Shown in pieces: positions 53,332-64,000 of a stretch of DNA of 64,000 nt. The position numbers were made by a program, and so were the translations under genes. Numbering within the stretch: the stretch's first letter is position 1; every line of letters begins with the position of its first letter. The stretch covers positions 39,556,001 through 39,620,000 of the forward strand of contig OZ024747.1 of the NCBI GenBank assembly GCA_964016885.1. Direction: 5' to 3'. Below the pieces are notes generated by a model. The model searched no databases and was not told the DNA's origin. It worked only from the letters and a program-made list of their open reading frames with translations. Source of the DNA: Eledone cirrhosa (taxonomy: Eukaryota).

Positions 53332-54354
53332 GACGATAAAATATAATTTTCTTAGATCTGTCATCCTGTTGCTCTCTTCCCATGAAATACCATTACAAGC
53401 CATTGTATAAATTGTTATATATCTTCCTTTTCAATGTGATTTTTCAATTGGATTAATGCACAAAGTATTTATTTAATTCTGTAAGCGATACAAGTATTTG
53501 ATAATTCATACTACTCATTTGACAGCTATTTCAAATCTTTCTGTTCTAGCACTTCTTCATTCAAAACGTGATAATCGATAAATTAACAACAGTATATTTC
53601 AAGAGGTAATGTTTTCAATCCGGGTAAAACATTACTGTACACCATCTGCAAGTGATTTTATCGATCCATTATGTCAGTGTAATATTCCTTGAACTAGAAC
53701 TCGTTAAGTGTACTTAATATCAACTTCAGTAAGAATACGAGAACAAGAATACGAGATTCCTTACAAGAATGATAAGTAACGAGTGGTACCACTAAATACT
53801 TTGTACCAGGAATGATTATTCAAGATTTTATACCATATTATGAAAGTTTGCCAAAACACAAACAACTCATTCGCACATGATACATAACACACGGAAATAA
53901 TTGTCTCTTGTGCTGAAGGATAAAGCTATTGAAAATACTCTTAACCATTCGAGTGTGTCATAGATGCTTGTAGGTCTTGTTATATTATTCTCAAAATCAA
54001 TACTCTAAAAACAATCCGCAATACAATATCTATTTTACAATATCGGTAAAATGTATATATTGAATCTCTGATGAAAGTTCATGGACAATATATTCATGAA
54101 ATGTCTGAAAATGTTGCTTATAATTCGTGTGATACGAGTATTTCGACCCATAAGTATTTTTTAATATGAAAGGCTATATTCGAACAAAGTTTCATGCCTG
54201 TGCCAAACAGCATACATAAAGAGTCATGCCTATACACACAAAAGAAGAAACAACAAATAGTATATCATTAATACATACACACATATGCAGGTGTGCATAC
54301 GTGAGTCTATGCAGTATATGTATATTTTTATAAACCCCCCCCCCCCAATGCATA

Positions 54355-54916
<562 letters not shown>

Positions 54917-55810
54917 TGTGGGTGTGTATGTACGTGCCTGCTTGTTTATGTATATATAGATATCTACATATATGTAAATAAGGGTTATGGAAATATAGTG
55001 TGAAGCAGAAATATGCTATATAACTACTACTCACACCAGTTGGTTCTTTGATATTTCAAAGGAAAAGAATGAAAATGAGCATGGATGACCATATGTCACT
55101 ATGCATATATGAATGCATGTATGCATATATGTATACAACTGCATGCTTCATCTGTCTTGCCTTCCCACCTTTTTGTCAATGCCTCTGACACATCCTTCTT
55201 TAATTTTTTATCGTAAATGTGTAGGAACATGTGCTTATTTGATTTGTTGTTTTACCCAACTTCCCCAAAATACTTTATTCTGTTTGAAATTGTATTCTAA
55301 AACTGTACCGAAGTTTGGCATAGTAATTTTAGATCTCTTTCGGATTAATCAAATCATTGTATCTTATAGAATATTTACCTATCTGAGTTTTGAAAAAATT
55401 TTGAAAAAATATAAGACCTTCTTGCCTGAAATTATTTTCGCGCCATTCCTGGCCTGACTAGCTTGACATTCGTACGGACTTTTCTTCCTCTTTCTTTCTG
55501 TCTTTCTTCTTGTAGTTCGACATTAATGCTGACTTTTCTTCTTCTTCCTTTTCTTCCCCCTTCTTTCTGTCTTTTTTCGTGTAGCATGATATTAACGCTG
55601 ACTTATCTTCCTCTCCCTTTCTATTTGACCGGGAGGTTAGTAGCACACTATAAGTTTTACCCCCCTCACCAGATGGCCTCAAGTAGACCGAATAGCCAGC
55701 ACTTGAGGGTGAGCGGCTAAACTGGAAGATGTTAGATGGTCGGTCGTCCTCCGGTCTTTGATTTTCAGCCCCATGGATTTTATCTATTACATTCATTTAT
55801 TGTATTTCGA

Positions 55811-55868
55811 ATACCTGATGATATCACCGGATTCATACGGAACCCGGTCATTGAAATGATCATAGTAT
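55811..55868 (+). ncRNA. type I hammerhead motif
   Basis: ATAC-CTGATGA..ACCGG..CCGGT..GAAAT-GATC-ATA-GTAT; palindromic ATGATCAT stem III. Confidence 0.72.
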
Positions 55869-56059
55869 AATCAACCTTTCAAGGATTTACACAACTCCAG
55901 CCTCCTGTTATTTTATTATAATATTTAACTCCGTAATAGCACCACCAACTACAAAAACGAAGTCGGTTGAACTACTTTACGTTGAGTATCTCCATATTAT
56001 TACATTAAGATTGACCATACGGAATTGACCAGCTCTATCCAGTGGTGAACCTTCAAACC

Positions 56060-56094
<35 letters not shown>

Positions 56095-56103
<9 letters not shown>

Positions 56104-56560
56104 AAAGAACAATAAAATCTATGTTTAATACATTTTATTGCTGACAATCGTTTCTTCCAAACAGCCGTTTGATTTCATCGGAGCATTGTCAAAATTTAAA
56201 CACATAATTAAATTCCTATTCAACAGAACAATCATAAAGATACGTTGATATTATTGATGTTATCAACAGTGTCATATTGAAAGAGAGTGAAGATGTTGTG
56301 GTCTGAAGCAATGAGCATAATAAAGCGTATAATACGCTTTATGATACCCATTGCTACAACATCTTCACACTCTTTGAATATGGCACTGTTGATAGCAACA
56401 ATAATATCAAAGTATCTTTATGTTTGTTCTGTTGAATAGGAATTTAATTATGTATTTAAATCTTGCCAATGCTCCGATGAATCCATATGGCTGTTTAGAA
56501 GAAACGATTGTTAACAATAACATGTATTAAACATAGATTTGATTGTTCTGTACTTTATAT
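56095..56560. repeat. spacerless palindrome (~230-bp arms) with CCGATGA hammerheads at 56139-56185 (-) and 56470-56516 (+)
   Basis: Centre taaagcgtat-a-atacgcttta; minus arm TGCT-CCGATGA..CAAAC-ggct-GTTTG..GAAAC-GATT-GTC-AGCA-ATAAA. Confidence 0.88.
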
Positions 56561-56701
56561 TCCTGCTCTGTGATACATCTGATGTATTTACATTGAACCA
56601 ATTTTTCATACAGGTAATAAGGTGGTAAAAAATAAAAAATACTGACCTTTCCTATTTATAATTATATATAGTTGATATATAAGTATAAATAATAATATCA
56701 T

Positions 56702-56782
<81 letters not shown>

Positions 56783-56783
<1 letters not shown>

Positions 56784-57745
56784 GGTGTCCGAGAGGCAGA
56801 GGCTTAACATCAATTCAAATAGCATTTGAGTGTCATATTATATTCATCCGACATCTATGAACCATCAAGCATAGAAACCCATCACTCATCTATCATATAA
56901 ATCCGTCTACATTAGGTAGATAACATCATGAAAGTTTAGAAGGAGGTCCTTTTGATACCCAAAAGCGAACCCCCAAGGAAATTTCACAGCAACACTGTTA
57001 TGAATCCATGGATGAAAAGCTTCACACAGTAATATCGATAAACAAATTAGTTTATCTTCTCCAACTACCGGTATACTGGCCCAAATTTTGAAGGATATGC
57101 TTTTGTAATCCACAAACATAATATAACAATGAAACACCTTGTGCACAAAAGAGAGAAGAATGCAGGCAAAAGAACTAAATGTTACAGCAGATAGAGTCCC
57201 TACGGTATAAACATTGAGAATGACACCCACATCATAGGCAGCCGTCCAAAGATGCTATCACTATAGTATCTATCTATGAGGCATGATGTTGTGGTCAAAG
57301 GAATAGACAATGCATGCCATAGAAAGGATTATCATGAGTATTAACATAGAAGATAGTAATATGAAAGAGTACTGATGGAATGTTCCAGACTAAACCCCCA
57401 GTAAAATGCAAACAGTATTCCAAGCTTAGTGATATGAGATAGAGAAAAGCAGCCATAGCCAGCATGAAATGCAGATGTCAATATAATGCAAAAGATTTCT
57501 GAAAATTAGAATATTTATGCTGAATTAATGAGGAATCTACAAATATTCCACCCTGACTATGCGTTTAGATTCGTGCTGTGACCATTGGAGCTGTGTGATA
57601 TGTTACATATTGCCTCAGTACAAATCTTGAAAAGCTGGGCGTCACTGAGTCACAAAGGGTACGGCTTGTTAGGAAGTTGTAAATACAGTCTATTAATGCA
57701 ACTGTAAAAATAAGTAAAGCTCAACAAAAATTCAGCATGCAATAA
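56783..57745 (+). mobile_element. R4/Dong-like LINE 3' fragment, heavily decayed
   Basis: Colinear similarity to 57862-58990 (gaggcagaggc.taacatca, atgaatccatggatgaaaa, atattccaccctga). Confidence 0.7.
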
Positions 57746-57861
57746 CTGTAGATACACATGTATCGATACAGAAATATATGCACATCTACACATATAACTA
57801 AGGGCATACATGCATACATATACACACACATACATACATACATACATGCATACATACATAT

Positions 57862-58990
57862 TAGGACTCGAAAGATACTAGACAACACCGAAAAAACCAC
57901 ACCAGCAGTGACATAGACCACCTCTACTTGAAACGTAAGCAGGGAGGCAGAGGCCTAACATCAGTCCAGACAGCATTTGAATGTCGCATCATATCCCTTC
58001 GACAACATCTCGAACCTCAAAACGTAGGAGGCCACTGTCGAGCAAGTCTATCTGCATGAGACAGATAAAATCATGAGAGTTGGGAAGGAACTCCTTGAAA
58101 GATATTCCCAGTGTGATAATCAAAAACTCACATACAGGGAAGTTGCTCAGCAGTACTGCAATGAATCCATGGATGAAAAACTGCATGCTTATCAGCAAAA
58201 AAATCATGTATGGATATGTTGCCAGGAAGCTCCAGAGTGAGAGTAATATAGATAAACAATGTAGTCTATCTTGGACCAACAACCGCTATATTGGCTCCCA
58301 CTTTGAAAGATACGCTTTTGCAATCCAAGAACAGTAAATCAACACGAAATACCTGATTCACAAAAGAGATAGGGATGTAGGCAAAACACCCAGATGTGAC
58401 AAGTGCAGACTCTGCAAAATTAACATCGAAGATATCACCCATGTCAAAAGCAGCTGTCCAAAGATGTCATCGCGGTACTATCTATTTATAATGTAGTGGC
58501 CAAAACACTGTACAATGCAATCCGTAGAAAGGATAGCCCCGATGACAAACAGATTAAAAGCTACAGCAATGTGGAATACATACATATATATAATATAAAA
58601 GAGTACTGGTGGAATGTTCCATTAAAAACCCCAATAAAGTGCAAGCATAACAGACCAGACATATTGATATGGGACAGGGGAAAGAAGGCATGCACAGTAG
58701 TGGAAGTAACTGCGCAGCAGATGCCAATATAATATCGAAGATTAGCGAAAAGGGAAATATTTATGCAGAACTGATGAGACATCTGCAGATATTCCACCCT
58801 GATTAAACCTTCAGATTTATGCCTGTGGTTATTGGGGCATTAGGATATGTTAGTAACTGCCTCAATACAAATCTTGAGAAGCTGGGCTTCACAGGAACAG
58901 AAAGAACACAACTAGTTAGGAAATTACAAGTACAATCCATTAATGGAACAGTAAAAATATGTATTTTACATATTTCTAACATTTTGCATC
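57862..58990 (+). mobile_element. R4/Dong-like LINE 3' fragment (CCHC + restriction-like endonuclease)
   Basis: LYLKRKQGGRGL, AFAIQEQ, CRLC..EDITHVKSSC, HNRPDILIWD, PVVIGALG. Confidence 0.85.
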
Positions 58991-59247
58991 TAATAACTGC
59001 ATATACCCATGTACAGATAAAAAGCATATGCACATGCACACATACAACTCAAACCATCCACACATACAGTAACATCTATACCTGCACACACATGACTGCA
59101 TGCAGACATACATACATATCTACCTAGATGATGTTGTGTTAGTTCCAATGAGCGAGTCTCGTGTATATGTTAGAAAGCGACTCTCTCTCTCTTTTTGGCC
59201 AAAATTTGTGAAAATATAATACCAGAAGAACATACATACATACATAC

Positions 59248-61974
59248 ATGGTGGCTGCCAACTCGTTTTCGAGTACGGCCACTACTTTATATCCATGTAG
59301 GAGAACCCCTACCGATGCGCTGAACGAGTGTGACTTTTTAGTCCAGCCAGCGACTTGAAAACTCTGGTACAAACACTACACTTGTGACAATTATTGACAC
59401 TTAGTGTTGGGCCCATGGTACCATGTGACGACAAGTGCAGAGAGATCTCCAGATATAAAGCAATGCCTGTGCCGTGAAGCTTTTATAGTGAGCAATGGCA
59501 CTGCACAAAGCCAGTCACACACATATATATACACACACATATACATATATATGTACACACATATATACACATATATGTACACACATATATACACATATAT
59601 GTACACACATACATATACATATATATGTACACACATATACACATATATACATACCTATGCACACACACATATATATATATATATATGTACACATATATAT
59701 ACACATATATGTACACATATACATGTACACACACATATACATACATACATATGCACACACATATATATATACACACATATGTACACACATATACATGGTG
59801 GCTGCCAACTCGTTTTCGAGTACGGCCACTACTTTATATCCATGTAGGAGAACCTCTACCGATGCGCTGAACGAGTGACTTTTTAGTCCAGCCAGCGACT
59901 TGAAAACTCTGGTACAAACACTACACTTGTGACAATTATTGACACATAGTGCTTTGCCTTTGGTACCATGTGACGACAAGTGAAGAGAGATCTCAAGATA
60001 CAAAGCAATGCCTGTGCCGTGAAGCTTTTATAGTGAGCAAAGGCACTGCACAAAGCCAGTCCCACTCTCTTAACCAAGATGATATTTACCAAAAAGAAGA
60101 ACAAGTCAACATCATTGGATGCCATCAGGGTTGCAGGTGTTATATCAGAGTTTTCCTTCTCCTAGAATTCTGCCTTGACAAAGGCTAAGGGGGCATCTCT
60201 CCCACTGATTTTGGATGGCCATTGACTCTTAAGAGCTCCTTTGCCATTTGACAGGTTTTGTTTTTAGTCCTGCAGGATGTCCAAAGTCACCCTCCTCACC
60301 AAGAAACCTTGGTGAGGTTGCCAGTTTAGTCGCCAACGACCCGACCATGAGACAGGTTGTACTGGGATACATGTTACCAGTAGCACCAAGTGGTGACCTG
60401 ACATACATACCTACATACATACATACATACATGGTGGCTGCCAACTCGTTTTCGAGTACGGCCACTACTTTATATCCATGTAGGAGAACCCCTACCGATG
60501 CGCTGAACGAGTGTGACTTTTTAGCCCAGCCAGCGACTTGAAAACTCTGGTAAAAACACTTCACTTGTGACAATTATTGACACATAGTGTTGGGCCCATG
60601 GAACCATGTGATGACAAGTGCAGAGAGATCTCATACATACATACATACATACATACATACACACACACATACATACATACATACATACATACATACATAC
60701 ATACATACATACATACATACATACATACATACATACATACATGGTGGCTGCCAACTCATTTTAGAGTACGGCCACTACTTTATATTCATGTAGGAGAACC
60801 CTTACCGATGCGCTGAATGAGTGTGACCTTTTAGTCCAGCCAGCGACTTGAAAACTCTGGTACAAACACTACACTTGTGACAATTATTGACACATAGTGC
60901 TGGGCCCATGGTACCATGTGACGACAAGCGCAGAGATCTCCAGATATAAAGCAATGCTTCTGCCGTGAAGCTTTTATAGTGAGCAAAGGCACTGCACAAA
61001 GCCAGTCCCACTCTCTTTAACCAAGATGATATTTACCAAAAAGAAGAACAAGTCAACATCTTTGGATACCATCAGGGTTGCAGGTGTTATATCAGAGTTT
61101 TCCTTCTCCTAGAATTCTGCCTTGACAAAGGCTAAGGGGTCATCTCTCCCGGTGATTTTGGATGGCCATTGACTCTTAGGAGCCCCTTTGCCTTTTGACA
61201 GGTTTTGTTTATAGTCCTGCAGGATGTCCAAAGCCACCCTCCTCACCAAGAAACCTTGGTGTGGTTGCCAGTTTAGTCGCCAACGACGCGACCATGAGAC
61301 AGGTTGTATTGGGATAAATGTTACCAGTAGCACCAACTGGTGACCTGACATATATACATACATACATGGCGGCTGCCAACTCGTTTTCGAGTACGGCCAC
61401 TACTTTATATCCATGTAGGAGAACCCCTACGGATGCGCTGAACGAGTGTGACTTTTCAGTCCAGCCAGCGATTTGAAAACTCTGGTACAAACACTACACT
61501 CTTGACAATTATTGACACATAGTGCTGGGCCCATGGTACCATGTGATTACAAGTGCAGAGAGATCTCCAGATATAAAGCAATGCCTGTGCCGTGAAGCTT
61601 TTATAGTGAGCAAAGGCACTGCACAAAGCCAGTCCCACTCTCTTAACCAAGATGATTTGTACCAAAAAGAAGAACAAGTCAACATCATTGGATACCATCA
61701 GGGTTGCAGGTGTTATATCAGAGTTTTCCTTCTCCTAGAATTCTGCCTTGACAAGGCTAAGGGGTCATCTCTCCCGGTGATTTTGGATGGTCATCGACTC
61801 TTAAGAGTTCCTTTGCCCTTTGACGGGTTTTATTTTTAGTCCTGCAGGATGTCCAAAGTCACCCTCCTCACCAAGAAACCTTGGTGGGGTTGCCAGTTTA
61901 GTCGCCAACGACCCGACCATGAGACTGGTTGTACTGGGATACATGTTACCAGTAGCACCAACTGGTGACCTGAC
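59248..61974 (-). mobile_element. tandem array of ~610-bp bipartite RTE-derived non-autonomous elements in (CATA)n: 59248-59517 (truncated), 59795-60401, 60431-60632 (truncated), 60741-61348, 61366-61974
   Basis: 5' part has RTE 5'UTR-like TCTAGGAGAAGGAAAACTCTGA; 3' part encodes CSVCTRVFKSLAGLKSH like RTE C-termini; common 3' end before (TATG)n. Confidence 0.75.
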
Positions 61975-62534
61975 ATTATACATACATACATACATACATA
62001 CATACATACATACATACATACATACATACATACATACATACATACATACATACATGTGTGTGTGCATGAGTAAATGTATTTGTAAATCTGTCTTTCTGTT
62101 CACTTGTTGAAACTACAATATTAAACTCATCAGTATATAGATTATACTTTTTTTTCTCTAATGTTAAATACTCATACATAAGTGTATTGAAGCAGACAAG
62201 GAATGAGTCACTCCTGTATAGATATTGATCATTTTTGCATTGAAAATATACAATAAATTGAAGTAATTAATCGTTGATTTATAGAAAATCTTATTTATAT
62301 TGTTGGTTTCCTTTGCAAAACTATACGCGGGGGAAGTTGCTAATTCTTGTACGTAAGAATTATTTCATTTTTGATGTATTTTATCCCCGTGTCAGTTCTA
62401 CTCAAAATGAGGTATGATCAAAGCCGATCCAAATGTGAACATCAAATATTTATATATGTAGGTCCACATTGGGTAACATTTCCTTCCTTTTATAAAACGC
62501 CACTATATGGTTTGAAGGACATTAGAATTTTAAT

Positions 62535-62727
62535 TTACGCAGAACGACGAGAAATCATAGATTCCCTCTTTTTCTTGTTTATTACGTTAACATATTGTCT
62601 CGTTTGATGCACATGTGCATATATATATGGCATGCGGGTTCCAGGTCTAAATATCTTTGATCGCCGAAAGATATAATCACCATCCATATTCATTTCGCGG
62701 ATGACGCCATTCTTATGATGATATAGC
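62535..62727 (-). CDS. possible terminal coding exon of an unidentified host gene
   Basis: Acceptor tttctatccaacag then open non-repetitive frame LYHHKNGVIREMNMDGDYIFRRSKIFRPGTRMPY...RRSA*; no recognised homology. Confidence 0.3.
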
Positions 62728-63110
62728 CTGTTGGATAGAAATAGTAATTTTCTTATCTGATGTTGTGGAATAATCAAAGTAACACAGAGAACAATTGATC
62801 AACACTGCAGGTGTTCAAAGGAAGCAGTGTGGTAGTAATAAAAGTAAATGTTATGGAAATGCATTTACTGTGCGAAAAAGGAAAATTATCAAGATTGTTG
62901 GCTCAGATTATTTATCAGAATAGATAACAGACTGTATTCTACTGATTCTGGATTATACGTTACAAGCATACACCCTATAATATATGTGAGGTAGTACTGT
63001 ATTCCTGTGGCTTACACATACATATATATACTCACACACACACATATATGTATATATATATATATTAAAATACAAATATTAATAAAATAGATGTTCTTTT
63101 GATCAATTAC

Positions 63111-63163
63111 ATTTTATTATACATATTTCGGATGTACAACAGTACGTCCTCATCAGACAAAAT
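63111..63163 (-). ncRNA. type I hammerhead ribozyme, intact core
   Basis: ATTTTGT-CTGATGA-GGACGTAC-tgtt-GTACATCC-GAAAT-ATGT-ATA-ATAAAAT. Confidence 0.8.
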
Positions 63164-64000
63164 ATAATGATATATGACATATATAGGATAAGATTTAATC
63201 AAGGTAGTGATTAACCTAAGAGAAAATTTAACATTTATACCCTAATAATGAGAAAATGCGAAAACGTAATAAATTCAATAGAGAATGTGTGAGTAAGAAA
63301 AACGTTGGTTAATGTGACAGCTATAGAGATTTTAAAATGTATGATACTACAAGTTATGTTTAACTAGGAAAACATCTCATGAATTATAACAGTCAATGAG
63401 AGCCACTGAAATAAGATTTATAGAGAGGGAAAGAGAAGGAGATTTTTTCCGAGAGTTAAACGGTTAAGTTTAAAAATACTTAATTTATGCTATTTTAGGG
63501 TGAAGAATCAAGATTTTAGGGTTTTTTTTTAAATTGCTGGTTATTTATATTTATTAGTTTTGTAAATTCTATAAGTGTGTTAACATTTCTAAACTTCTGA
63601 ATGTTATGAGGATAACATTTAAAGGATTTAGCTGGCCAGCGAAAAGGAAAGTTTACACTGTTGAATATTTTCCTAAATGTAAACTTTAACGAAGATAATC
63701 AATGTCAACATATTCAGTATGTTAAACTTATGAAGTACTTATTGTTAGAAATATTTAAATAAGGATTATGTATATAGAGATATATTAATGAGCCAGTATA
63801 TTTTAGGTAAATGATAACGAAAATAAAAATAAAATAATAGATTGAGGCATGCTAAAGTTAAATATATACCTATATATAACAGAGTGTAAATGCATTCATT
63901 ATTCATAGTTCAAAATAAATAATAATCACGAAATTTAGAAGTTAGCTAAAAATTATGTATAGAAAGATACAGGGAGGTATATATGGATATATATTAGGTA

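Noticed and set aside
53330-53900. Possible decayed coding sequence
   Set aside because: Multiple stops; no family recognised.
54060-54115. CTGATGA...GAAATGTC hammerhead candidate
   Set aside because: No convincing stem I; left uncalled.
59248-61974. CRISPR-like or satellite interpretation of the repeated units
   Set aside because: Eukaryotic context, long units, variable 5' truncation and microsatellite spacers fit retroposition.

Overview
Gene-poor, repeat-saturated animal DNA, probably cephalopod/octopod (inferred from a tRNA-derived SINE resembling octopus SINEs and very high microsatellite density). 2-22 kb is a head-to-tail array of five minus-strand Tx1-clade (L1-group) non-LTR retrotransposons, each bounded by (GATA)n. 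The array holds one 5'-truncated copy, two decayed full-length copies, one ~415-bp 5'UTR+3'UTR mini-element and one copy with intact ORF1 (CCHC knuckle) and ORF2 (APE-RT-CCHC). The rest contains three Penelope-like element (PLE) remnants and more than 20 complete, partial or decayed type I hammerhead ribozyme motifs. Most hammerheads sit in (TA)n-flanked fold-back or nested inverted repeats. Also present are decayed CRE-, I- and R4/Dong-like LINEs, a mariner fragment, solo-LTR-like repeats, SINEs, and a tandem array of a ~610-bp bipartite RTE-derived element in (CATA)n with a possible HDV-like 5' fold. At most one possible host exon was seen (62.5-62.7 kb, minus). All calls come from manual reading; boundaries are approximate to a few bases.
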